The notes beneath the pieces were generated by a model. That model did no database searches, was not told where the DNA came from, and was given only the letters and a program-made list of their open reading frames with translations. A DNA stretch of 64,000 nucleotides from Spirochaetia bacterium (GTDB lineage Bacteria; Spirochaetota; Spirochaetia; UBA9216), in the NCBI GenBank assembly GCA_963675665.1, contig OY776510.1, positions 5,024,001 to 5,088,000 of the forward strand, read 5' to 3'. The translations under genes and the position numbers were made by a program. Positions 1-8,581 of the stretch are shown in pieces (position 1 is the first letter of the stretch; each line of letters opens with the position of its first letter).

Positions 1-1
1 C

Positions 2-532
2 CTTGGATTCATACAGACAATCGGGATGCTGGTTACAATCTTCGGAATTCTTCTGGTTGTTTATTTTGAAAATATCAGTTCCGGGATAGCCAGACACGAA
101 CTGAAGGGATTTATTTATGCCGCGGCAGGGGCACTTGCCCAGGCCGCAGCAATGGTAATGTCGAAAATAGGATTGGGCAATGATGTTCACCCGGTTTCGG
201 CAAATGTGATCAGAATTTCCGCAGGGCTTGCCGGACTTGTAATTTTCGCCGCCCTGAAGGGCGAATTCTTCAACGATTTCAAAAAAATGAAAGACAGAAA
301 AGCCCTTTTACTGATTTTTTTCGCAGCGCTTATAGGCCCGGTTCTTGGAATAATCATGACGTTGTACGCGCTTCAGCTGGCGCCCGTCGGTATTGTAACC
401 ACGCTTACCCAGATCAGCCCGATACTTCTGCTTCCGGTTGAGGCCGTATTTTTTAAAAGAAGAATAAGCTTTCCGATTCTATCCGGTACTTTTATCGCAG
501 TTTCCGGCGCAGTTATATTATTTCTGCTATAA
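2..532 (+). CDS. DMT/EamA family transporter (5'-partial, frame open to window edge)
   Basis: Multi-TM hydrophobic protein with EamA-type C-terminal repeat (YALQLAPVGIVTTLTQISPILLLP...GTFIAVSGAVIL); the frame is open upstream of ATG 26 (LGFIQTIG). Confidence 0.8.
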   Translation, partial: LGFIQTIGMLVTIFGILLVVYFENISSGIARHELKGFIYAAAGALAQAAAMVMSKIGLGNDVHPVSANVIRISAGLAGLVIFAALKGEFFNDFKKMKDRKALLLIFFAALIGPVLGIIMTLYALQLAPVGIVTTLTQISPILLLPVEAVFFKRRISFPILSGTFIAVSGAVILFLL

Positions 533-540
533 TAACGGTC

Positions 541-2862
541 ATGATTGAAACCGGATTTATTCTAACGGCGCACTGCCTTGATGCCGGCGGAAGATGCGAA
601 CTGCACTATTACGGCAAGGGTATCAACGGACCGTTCAAGCTTGTGTTCTCGCCGCATAAACCGGTTTTTTTTATCAGGCGCGATACGGAACAGAAATTTA
701 CTTCCGGAATTGAACGCCGTGAAGTAAACCTCACCGATATCGGCAACAATCCGGTCGACGCGCTTTATTTCAATACTTTGAACGGTTTCTTTGAAGCCAG
801 AAGACATTTCAGGGACACCGGCGTCAGAATGTACGAATCCGACATACGGGCCGAAGACCGCTTTCTTATGGAACGTTTTATAAACGGCAGTCTTGAAATT
901 AAAGGTAACCCGCAGAAGAAGGGGCCTCTGGATATATACTATAACCCGGGAATCAGGCCGTCCGGCAGCCGCCCGTCTTTCACCGTCCTTTCACTCGACA
1001 TAGAAACGGGCACTGACGGAAGCATCTACTCAATAGCGCTTCACTGTTCGGGTGAATATGCAAATGAACAAAAAACGGTTCTGATGCGCAGCAAAACCGC
1101 CGCCGGTGAAGAGTTCATCGCGGGCGGCACAATAAATATTTGTTATTTCAGCGACGAGGACCTTCTGCTGCGCAAATTCAACAGTTATATTAAACTGAAT
1201 GACCCCGATTTAATCATCGGCTGGCATGTTATAGGCTTTGATCTCGACTTTATCCGCCGCAGGTGCGAACAGCTCGGAGTCCAGCTTGATATCGGTAGGG
1301 GTCCGGGAAGATTAAAAATAAATGAAAAACGGAACGGGATGTTTTCGGCGGAAATAAAAGGACGCGTTGTTATCGACGGCCCCCAGACATTGAGGACGGC
1401 ATTTTATAAATTTGAAAACTACCGTCTTGAAACAGTCGCCCGCAAGCTTCTCGGAAGGGGCAAGGACATAACGCCTGATACAGACAAAGTTGCCGAGATC
1501 GAGCGCCGATTCCGGGAAAACAAAAAAGCTCTTGCATTTTATAATATGGAAGATTCCGTACTTGTAACGGAGATATTCCGGAAAACAGCAATAATAGAGC
1601 AGATGGTAACGCGCAGCCTGATTACCGGGCTGACGATTGACAAGGTACATATGTCGGTAGCGGCATTCGATCATTTCATGCTGCCCCAGTTTCACAGAAA
1701 AGGTATTGCCGCGCCTGATACGGCCGATGTTGTTTCCGGGGACCATGCCGCGGGCGGCCATGTCTTCACATCGGCCCCGGGGCTTTACCCCCACGTGGTT
1801 GTACTGGATTTTAAAAGTCTGTATCCGACCATCATGAGGACCTTCTTCATCGATCCGTACTCCAGGCTTAAATCCGAAACAGATACAGTTGAAACGCCGT
1901 CAGGCATCGCGTTCTCCCGCACGGAAAACATACTCCCCGATTTTCTTGAAGAACTTATGGAAAGAAGGGCCAGGGCCAAGCTTAAGAATGACGGACACCT
2001 TTCCCAGGCGGTCAAAATTCTGCTGAACAGTTTTTACGGAGTAATGGGAACAACCGGGTGCCGCTTTTATCACCCGGATCTTCCCACGGCCATAACAGGA
2101 ACTGGCCAGTGGGTGCTGAAAAACTGCGCTGAATTTCTCCGAAATAAAGGTTATAACGTGATTTACGGGGACACAGATTCGGTATTCGTTCAGCTTAAGC
2201 ACGGCGAACAGCAGCAGGCCGCACTCTCCGGAACCCGCCTCGCGGAAAGCGTAAACAGGTATTTCTCGGGCAGGCTTGAAAAAGAATATGATGTCGAGTC
2301 TAAACTCGAGATCGAATTTGAAAAGTATTACCTGAAGTTCTTTCTGCCGCCGATGAGGAACACCACCGAAGGAGCAAGAAAAAAATATGCGGGGCTTCTC
2401 GAGAGCGGTGAAATAGAGTTCAAAGGACTTGAAATAGTACGGTCTGACTGGACGGAGCTGGCCGGAAACTTTCAGCAGGAACTGTTTCGGAGATTCTTTA
2501 ATGATGAGGACCTTAAATCATGGATACGTTCTTTTGTCGAAGATTTGAAAAACGGCAAATTTGACGAACAATTGATATACCGGCGCCGCCTGAAACGTTC
2601 CGCGGAAAAATATGTAAAAACCAGCCCTCCTCACGTGAAAGCAGCACGGAAACTCGACCCCGAAGGTATAAAAAATCTTACCGAGATAAGTTACCTGATA
2701 ACCGCCGACGGCCCTACTCCGCTCGAACTGGTTCAGGGCCCCCCCGACTATGCTCACTACATTGAAAAACAGATTAAACCCATAGCGGACGGCGTGCTTT
2801 TTCTCTCCGGGGACAGTTTCGATTCGCTCATAGACGGCCAGCAGCTTGACCTGTTCGACTAA
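541..2862 (+). CDS. polB: DNA polymerase II (family B)
   Basis: Exo I SLDIETG; Pol B motifs VLDFKSLYPTIM, KILLNSFYG, VIYGDTDS, KKYAG, KGLEIVRSDWT; C-terminal beta-clamp motif QLDLF. Confidence 0.95.
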   Translation: MIETGFILTAHCLDAGGRCELHYYGKGINGPFKLVFSPHKPVFFIRRDTEQKFTSGIERREVNLTDIGNNPVDALYFNTLNGFFEARRHFRDTGVRMYESDIRAEDRFLMERFINGSLEIKGNPQKKGPLDIYYNPGIRPSGSRPSFTVLSLDIETGTDGSIYSIALHCSGEYANEQKTVLMRSKTAAGEEFIAGGTINICYFSDEDLLLRKFNSYIKLNDPDLIIGWHVIGFDLDFIRRRCEQLGVQLDIGRGPGRLKINEKRNGMFSAEIKGRVVIDGPQTLRTAFYKFENYRLETVARKLLGRGKDITPDTDKVAEIERRFRENKKALAFYNMEDSVLVTEIFRKTAIIEQMVTRSLITGLTIDKVHMSVAAFDHFMLPQFHRKGIAAPDTADVVSGDHAAGGHVFTSAPGLYPHVVVLDFKSLYPTIMRTFFIDPYSRLKSETDTVETPSGIAFSRTENILPDFLEELMERRARAKLKNDGHLSQAVKILLNSFYGVMGTTGCRFYHPDLPTAITGTGQWVLKNCAEFLRNKGYNVIYGDTDSVFVQLKHGEQQQAALSGTRLAESVNRYFSGRLEKEYDVESKLEIEFEKYYLKFFLPPMRNTTEGARKKYAGLLESGEIEFKGLEIVRSDWTELAGNFQQELFRRFFNDEDLKSWIRSFVEDLKNGKFDEQLIYRRRLKRSAEKYVKTSPPHVKAARKLDPEGIKNLTEISYLITADGPTPLELVQGPPDYAHYIEKQIKPIADGVLFLSGDSFDSLIDGQQLDLFD

Positions 2863-2986
2863 TCAAACCGCCGGGCAGTCTTGAAAACTGTATTATAAAA
2901 TCCTCTTTTTTTTATTTTTTATAGTTGACTTCATACTGTTTTTTGATAAAGATGGTATTATATGTTTAAAAACATAAGGAGAATTT

Positions 2987-3376
2987 ATGAAAAAGATTAA
3001 ACTTTTTGCGGTACTTGTGATCCTGCTTGTTGTAATGATGTCATGTCAGACGGCAACATTTTCCGGTCTTCAGATGACAAAGGATATGGATTCCTTTGTT
3101 GTAGTTAAAGATTTCGAAACAACGGTATCTGTATGGGAATTCCTCGGAACTCCTGCCGGAGGGAACCTCTTCAATATTACAGCTGACGCCATGGACGATC
3201 CTGTTTTCCAGGCTGTTCAGAATGAGATTCAGAAACTCGGCGGAGACGCTGCTGTGGATATCACACTTGTTCAGGAAGCAACTCTTGTCGATATGATTAT
3301 CGGCGGCGTAACCGGTTCTATTCTTGCTCCATGCAAGGTTCATATCACCGGTACAGTTGTAAAATTTGCTGATTAA
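2987..3376 (+). CDS. Small lipoprotein, unknown function
   Basis: RBS AAGGAG; signal peptide with lipobox-like MMSC; GGDAAVDI motif reminiscent of YbjQ/TRL-like small lipoproteins. Confidence 0.7.
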   Translation: MKKIKLFAVLVILLVVMMSCQTATFSGLQMTKDMDSFVVVKDFETTVSVWEFLGTPAGGNLFNITADAMDDPVFQAVQNEIQKLGGDAAVDITLVQEATLVDMIIGGVTGSILAPCKVHITGTVVKFAD

Positions 3377-3809
3377 TTACCTAAATCCGGGAAGAAAGCT
3401 CTTTTTTCCCGGAAAAATTTTTATCTTAATACTGACAGTTCTTCTGATCTCATGTTCATCCGCATCCGTAAAGAAAGAATTGTCCGCTAAAACCGACAGC
3501 CTGATGGAATCGCTGATTAGCGGAAATTATTCGGGTTTTCCCGAAATAGAGTCGGCTCTAAACAGTCTTGATCCTTCCGAATCTGAAAACATAAAAAATG
3601 CCCTCTCCGGAATTGAAGATTGGAAAACGGAAATCAAAATTCTTTCAGAAAACCGGGCCGCAGCGGAAGTAAAGGCGGACATAAACAAGAGACAAACAGT
3701 TTTTATTTTTACCTACTCAACAGTCGATAATGAATGGGTTCTTGACGAAAAGATTTCACTTAAGCAGAACATAGAAGTTATTCCCTTTATAGGTCTTGAG
3801 CAGGATTAG
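3366..3809 (+). CDS. Hypothetical lipoprotein (NTF2-like C-terminus possible)
   Basis: Hydrophobic stretch followed by LISC lipobox; overlaps the upstream gene; start codon uncertain. Confidence 0.55.
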   Translation: MLINYLNPGRKLFFPGKIFILILTVLLISCSSASVKKELSAKTDSLMESLISGNYSGFPEIESALNSLDPSESENIKNALSGIEDWKTEIKILSENRAAAEVKADINKRQTVFIFTYSTVDNEWVLDEKISLKQNIEVIPFIGLEQD

Positions 3810-4692
3810 CCAACCGGATCTTGCCTGCGGCGAGCCCGGCCGCGATGAGTATTATTCCGATTATCTTTTCAACCGCAACAGCATTGCCGTTATACAAATC
3901 AAGCAGAATTCCCGCAGAGAGCTCTCCGGAGTAGATGCCCAGAATAACCGGTAGCGCTGGAGATTTCAACAGCATGAAGGCAATGGACCCTGTTGTAAAA
4001 ACTCCAATCAGCCCGCCCCCGGCTATTACATACCATGGAAGCTGCAATTCCGACAGTACTGTTAAAACAAAACCGGACTTTCCGATATGGAAACTGCCGC
4101 TGATAAAAACCGCCATCGGTATAATCACTACCAATGCTGAAAGGTAATTAAATACAACGGTCAAAGGCGTTCCGTAATGCGCCGTATTACGGGCATTCAT
4201 CGACTGCTGGATCATGAGGAATATTCCGGGAATCCAGGAAATCATAATCCATAACGGAGAAGCCCCGACTTTCAATCCTATAATAACCGAACCGGGAAGC
4301 AAAAGCGCCGGCGAAAGTATTCGCTGAAAAACCGGGGAGCGCTTCCGGCCGCCACGGTAAAATCCTTCGATAACAGATGCAACCAGGGTCTGTCCCGCAA
4401 GCGAACCGCTTAGCGAAAGCAGAATACCGCCTTTTCCAAAAGATACGCTTGCAAGAAACACAATAATCGTTCCTATTGCTCCGGCTCCAAGAAAAACTCG
4501 CGGCACCGGCTGCGACTTATCTCCTAACATTCGGCGGCGGAATATTACGAACAGCAAGCCTGATGCGCCAAGACCGAATATATGTATCAGCATCAGTGAA
4601 TTAAGGCTTCCGGCAGTTGCCTGCAATATACCGTTCAGCTGAATCATTACCGCTACAAGCATCCCTGTAAATATTGATAATGCCAAAATCAT
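3787..4692 (-). CDS. DMT family transporter (YdcZ-like, two repeats)
   Basis: Two repeats of 'Q..NG/NA.L' and 'GGLIG' with multi-TM pattern; divergent from a Crp regulator. Confidence 0.75.
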   Translation of the reverse strand: MILALSIFTGMLVAVMIQLNGILQATAGSLNSLMLIHIFGLGASGLLFVIFRRRMLGDKSQPVPRVFLGAGAIGTIIVFLASVSFGKGGILLSLSGSLAGQTLVASVIEGFYRGGRKRSPVFQRILSPALLLPGSVIIGLKVGASPLWIMISWIPGIFLMIQQSMNARNTAHYGTPLTVVFNYLSALVVIIPMAVFISGSFHIGKSGFVLTVLSELQLPWYVIAGGGLIGVFTTGSIAFMLLKSPALPVILGIYSGELSAGILLDLYNGNAVAVEKIIGIILIAAGLAAGKIRLANPAQDL

Positions 4693-4765
4693 CTGCCCCT
4701 CCCGAAAACATCCGACTTGAAATCTGTCTTATAGTAAAATATAATCGAACCGGAAGGTAGGACAC

Positions 4766-5461
4766 ATGTCCCATAAAAAAGAGATAATTGATTTTTTTCA
4801 TAATTCTTCGGAAACGGAACGCAAAACCTGGAACAAGGGCGACTACATTTGCCGTGAAGGTTGTGAAATTAATCATCTGAATCTGATTATAGCCGGAAGA
4901 TTCAGGGTTTTCAGAACGCTGAGCAATGCAAGAGAGATGCTTTACAGAATTTACCTTCCCGGATCAATCATAGGCGATATGGAAATCTTTACCGGCAGTG
5001 AAGCCGCATCATGCTCTGTTCAGTGCATTGAACAGGCAGTTACGCTTTCGCTTCCCATGAATCTAATCAGGGAAACTCCGGCAGTAGCTCCGGAGCTGAT
5101 TTTTGCTCTCGGTTGCGGTATTGCACGAAAGCTTCATGAAAATTCCGTTTCAGAAGCTGTAAACACAGCTTACCCGCTGGAGATACGCCTTGCACATTAT
5201 TATCTGTCCTATACCGACCCGGCGTTGAAAGCTGATTCACTGGGACAACTTGCCGGGTGGATGGGATGCAGTTACCGGCATCTGACGCGCAGCCTCGCAT
5301 CGCTTCGCGATCGGGGAGCAATAGAACAGTTTACTGAAAAAACAGGCAAAGGGGCTTCATCAGTTTACAGGGCTGCAGATACGGATCTGTTGAAAAAACT
5401 TGCAAAACCGATAATTTCCGAGGAGCGGGGAAGATCCTTTTTTGAACCGGGTGAAAAATAG
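4766..5461 (+). CDS. Crp/Fnr family transcriptional regulator
   Basis: cNMP-binding fold (IIGDMEIF) and C-terminal HTH (LAGWMGCSYRHLTRSL), similar to YeiL-type regulators. Confidence 0.85.
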   Translation: MSHKKEIIDFFHNSSETERKTWNKGDYICREGCEINHLNLIIAGRFRVFRTLSNAREMLYRIYLPGSIIGDMEIFTGSEAASCSVQCIEQAVTLSLPMNLIRETPAVAPELIFALGCGIARKLHENSVSEAVNTAYPLEIRLAHYYLSYTDPALKADSLGQLAGWMGCSYRHLTRSLASLRDRGAIEQFTEKTGKGASSVYRAADTDLLKKLAKPIISEERGRSFFEPGEK

Positions 5462-5478
5462 AGACTGTTGAATTCGTA

Positions 5479-6378
5479 TCAGATTATTTCAACCGTTTCT
5501 TTCCCAAGCATGCATGTGAATGATTTTTCCGTCCAGCGCCTGTATATACAGTTATAGCAGCTTTGAGAATCCCCATCGACAAACTCTTCCGGAACATCGG
5601 GTTTAAAATGCCCGCAAGCCCGTTTAACTGCCCTGGCCTCTCCAAAACGCCGCATTTCATTCTTTACCAGCGTTAACCAACAGCTGTTTTCAGGATTCCG
5701 CCGGACAATCAGCACGGGCCGTCCGGCATGCAGAACAGGCTTGGCTTTCCAGCTGATAACAACTTCTTCATTGAAACCAAGCGGCTTCATATCTGTCGTA
5801 CAGACTTCAGCAATATGCGAATTCGTTAAAAGCGCATCGACGGTGAATCTCCCGCCCTGTTCATAATCCGCAATACCGCCTTTCACCTCTCCGTCATAAC
5901 CGTGAAGCCGCAAACCTGCTCCGGCCAGCGCTCCAATAATACCATCGCCGGTGCCGCCGGTTTCTTCAAGAAAGATCCCTGCCTGTCGGGAAAGACTGTA
6001 AGCATGCTGCTTTGTCATAACTTCAGTCTTGGCCCTGTATCCGAATTCAATAACCTTGCTGCGTTCTGTAATTCGATCAATATCGGCAATACAGATACCG
6101 GGATCCGAACCGGCAGCCATCTCCGCAGCCAGATATTCGGTAAGCCCGGTTTTCAACTGCTCAAAGTAACAATCTTCTGCTGTTGTATTAAAACACATTG
6201 AGCTGTTGTGCGAGGTATAACGTACATCCTTGTGCAGCACAAGCTGATGCCGGGATATAATTCCGCAGCGTCCCCACCCCTTTCGTTCAATCAGTTCAGT
6301 CATTTCGGCTGCAATGGAGCCGGTGCCTCTTGATTCCAGATTGTCGGTGTCATCAATGCAGATAAGCAGATTCATCAT
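5479..6378 (-). CDS. TiaS/DUF1743 N-terminal-like protein with C-terminal Cys-rich domain
   Basis: ICIDDTD...RHQL...YTSHNSSMC...SDPGIC...GIIGALAG motifs; C-terminal C-x2-F...CYNC-x-YRRW...C. Confidence 0.65.
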   Translation of the reverse strand: MMNLLICIDDTDNLESRGTGSIAAEMTELIERKGWGRCGIISRHQLVLHKDVRYTSHNSSMCFNTTAEDCYFEQLKTGLTEYLAAEMAAGSDPGICIADIDRITERSKVIEFGYRAKTEVMTKQHAYSLSRQAGIFLEETGGTGDGIIGALAGAGLRLHGYDGEVKGGIADYEQGGRFTVDALLTNSHIAEVCTTDMKPLGFNEEVVISWKAKPVLHAGRPVLIVRRNPENSCWLTLVKNEMRRFGEARAVKRACGHFKPDVPEEFVDGDSQSCYNCIYRRWTEKSFTCMLGKETVEII

Positions 6379-6478
6379 TAAAGCTCCTTAAGCCGATAAA
6401 AGATAATTCTGTTTTCGTGATTTCCTTTGGTATCAAAAACCTGGTAAAATCAGGGAACCTCTGATATGATGTGACCCA

Positions 6479-6484
6479 TGTCAA
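6479..6484 (-). promoter_or_regulatory. -35 box (TTGACA) of the IS circle-junction promoter
   Basis: Joining the right end to the left end at the core gives TTGACA-17 nt-GACAAT pointing into the transposase. Confidence 0.7.
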
Positions 6485-6525
6485 GTTAAAATATCCAGGT
6501 TTTATCTATAAGATCCCCCCCCTGT

Positions 6526-6724
6526 CCAGGACAGGAAGAAAGATAGAACAACGTTTATGCGGCGATAGACCACTCTGATATTCGCGGATTGGTTACCGCA
6601 GGTCAATGGGATCGTCGGGAGCTGCCTCTGTCTAAAACCGAGGATCAATATTATTATTGCCTCATAGAGGTGCCGAGGGTTCTCCTTTATCACTGTTGTT
6701 GTTCTATCCATCCTTCTGTCCTGG
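6526..6724 (-). ncRNA. Putative bridge/seek RNA in the IS right end
   Basis: ~27-bp imperfect closing stem (6526-6552 with 6698-6724) enclosing two stem/internal-loop/hairpin units whose loop strands match the insertion target and the donor junction. Confidence 0.8.
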
Positions 6725-6748
6725 TAGCTTATTAACCAACTATCGAAG

Positions 6749-7852
6749 TCATGCGACTTCTGTTCTACCTACCATCATTCCCCAAATAAATCCTGATAAT
6801 TCTCTGGCAACTGCCGTAACAGTTTTCTGAGGGCATACCCCTCTACGAATCATCCTGAAATATTTCTTACTCAACCTTCTGCCGGCTTTATCAGCATAAG
6901 CTATTGTTTCAGCAGATTGTCCTTTCCTTCTCGCTGTCAGTCGTTTCGATGGCGAATACCTTTGGTAATGCCAGCTTGATTCCACTAACAGCCGTCGTAG
7001 CCTGGAGTTGCCGGCCTTCGTAATCCCGCCAAGCTTCCGGCCCTCTCCGCTTGAGTATTCTGACGGCACAAGTCCAAGATACGCCATGAAGGATTCCGCT
7101 TTTTTAAATCTTCTGAAATCTCCTATCTCGCATACAAATGTTAATGCTGTTAATGTCTCTATACCTTTGAAACATCGAAGCCGGGATACCCTTTCTTTAT
7201 ATCTGTCTTCAGCAGCAATCTCTTCTATTTTTTCCTGCAACCGTTCAATCTTTTCCTCTAATTCCACAATCGCAAGATAATATTCTTTTAAAACTTCTTT
7301 ATGCATTACCTGTTCAAACTGCAAGTTTTTCAACCAGGTTCGATGCGCCCCTGTCCAGTACTTTTTCCCAATATCATATTTCTTCCCGTTCCTTAGCAGA
7401 AACTGTAAGAGCCTCTGTTTCTGTTTCCTCAAATCAATTTTCATATCGTTACACATCCTCATGTAATCACGAACTGATTCATCTGTGCGTGTCGGTATAT
7501 TCACCGGTGTTATTTCCTGATTCCTTAATGCTCTGGCTAATTTGACTGCATCCCTCTTGTCTGTCTTTATTCGGTCTCCGGGTTTCCTCGGCAATAATGA
7601 TGGTGCTGCTACGTAACAGATAATTCCCATATCTTCAAGTAATCTATAAAGTGTAAATCCTGTAGGGCCTGCTTCGTAACAACACAGAATATTTTCTCCA
7701 TTCTCTTTAAGTCGCTTGAAGAATCTTTTAATATTTCCGGGTTCGTTCCTGAGCTCTCTTTCAAACTCAGGATTCTGATAATTATCTCTGAATACCGCTA
7801 CTGCGATTGATTCCTTGTGGACATCCATCCCTACATAAATTACACTATTCAT
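6749..7852 (-). CDS. IS110 family transposase / bridge recombinase
   Basis: RuvC-like DEDD domain (VGMDVHK, CYEAGPTG, KTDKRDA); C-terminal Tnp domain (YLGLVPSEYSSG, GGITKAGNSRLRRLL, AVAREL); start set at ATG 7852 with RBS GGAGG. Confidence 0.95.
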   Translation of the reverse strand: MNSVIYVGMDVHKESIAVAVFRDNYQNPEFERELRNEPGNIKRFFKRLKENGENILCCYEAGPTGFTLYRLLEDMGIICYVAAPSLLPRKPGDRIKTDKRDAVKLARALRNQEITPVNIPTRTDESVRDYMRMCNDMKIDLRKQKQRLLQFLLRNGKKYDIGKKYWTGAHRTWLKNLQFEQVMHKEVLKEYYLAIVELEEKIERLQEKIEEIAAEDRYKERVSRLRCFKGIETLTALTFVCEIGDFRRFKKAESFMAYLGLVPSEYSSGEGRKLGGITKAGNSRLRRLLVESSWHYQRYSPSKRLTARRKGQSAETIAYADKAGRRLSKKYFRMIRRGVCPQKTVTAVARELSGFIWGMMVGRTEVA

Positions 7853-7956
7853 AGTGGCCTCCGTTCCTTTGTATGTGGCGTGTCTGCGCTTTGCCATTAG
7901 CCATTGTGTAGGCTAATCCACGATTTTGCAAACACGGCGGTCACTTCATATTGTCT

Positions 7957-7990
7957 AAAAATCCCACTTTCGGGTTATTTGAGGTTCCCT
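7957..7990. repeat. Right part of a REP-like palindrome interrupted by the IS (left part 6452-6462)
   Basis: Reconstructed AGGGAACCTC-TAAAAATCCCACTTTCGGGTTATTT-GAGGTTCCCT with a perfect 10-bp outer stem; lies immediately 3' of the nitroreductase stop. Confidence 0.8.
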
Positions 7991-8512
7991 TCAGATAATC
8001 CTTACTCTTTCGTTAAAAGATTTTTTCTCACGGCGAGGATGCTCTTCCAAAGGCTTTCCAACAGGGATTAGTATCCGAATTACCCTCTCGGAATCAAGGC
8101 TGCATAATTCGCTGATTGCATCAGCTCTGTTCCCGGTTCTGAGCCAGCCGTCAATCCAGACAGCGGCATAGCCGAGGGCGGTTGCACCAAGCAGTATATT
8201 CTCGGCGGCAGCTGCGCAGTCTTCCACGACGAATTCGTAATCCAGGTTAGATTTATTTGGAACCCTGTCGACATGGCAGGCAATAAATGCAGGCGCGGTT
8301 GACATTGCTTCATTTCCGCCCGGCATTGTGTTTATCTTTTTAACGACATCGGGATCTGCAATTATAAGAAATCCGGTTGTCTGGGCATTTTTACCCGACG
8401 GGGCATCAACACCCGCCTGAACTATTTTACGCAGATCGTCAAGCGGTGGTGCTGCCGCGTTCAACTTCTTTCTGTAACTGAAACGATTGCCTGCAACCTC
8501 AAAAAAATCCAT
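7991..8512 (-). CDS. Nitroreductase family protein
   Basis: RFSYRK, APSGKNAQ, DCAAAAENILLGATALGYAAVWI motifs. Confidence 0.9.
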   Translation of the reverse strand: MDFFEVAGNRFSYRKKLNAAAPPLDDLRKIVQAGVDAPSGKNAQTTGFLIIADPDVVKKINTMPGGNEAMSTAPAFIACHVDRVPNKSNLDYEFVVEDCAAAAENILLGATALGYAAVWIDGWLRTGNRADAISELCSLDSERVIRILIPVGKPLEEHPRREKKSFNERVRII

Positions 8513-8581
8513 TGAAATTCTCCGTAGTTATTTATGATTACAGAATTATATACTATCCTCAATGGTTTGTAAGCAGGATCT

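Larger units (their letters stand above)
6460..7956 (-). mobile_element. IS110-family insertion sequence, IS1111-type architecture (~1.49 kb, apparently intact)
   Basis: DEDD transposase; sub-terminal IRs ATATGATGTGACC (6464-6476) and GGTCACTTCATAT (7939-7951), 12/13 match; TCT at both junctions (6460-6462, 7954-7956); long non-coding end 3' of the ORF; removing the element restores a palindrome. Confidence 0.93.

Noticed and set aside
6379-6484. Hybrid promoter from the IS -35 driving the TiaS-like gene
   Set aside because: In the linear state the position 17 nt from TTGACA reads GAGGTT, which is not a -10 box
6502-6711. 69-aa ORF downstream of the transposase
   Set aside because: It coincides with the structured RNA, has no recognisable protein features, and the sequence is better explained by base-pairing and guide matches
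7853-7897. 15-aa N-terminal extension of the transposase in the ORF track
   Set aside because: GGAGG precedes ATG 7852 and the DEDD domain starts right after it
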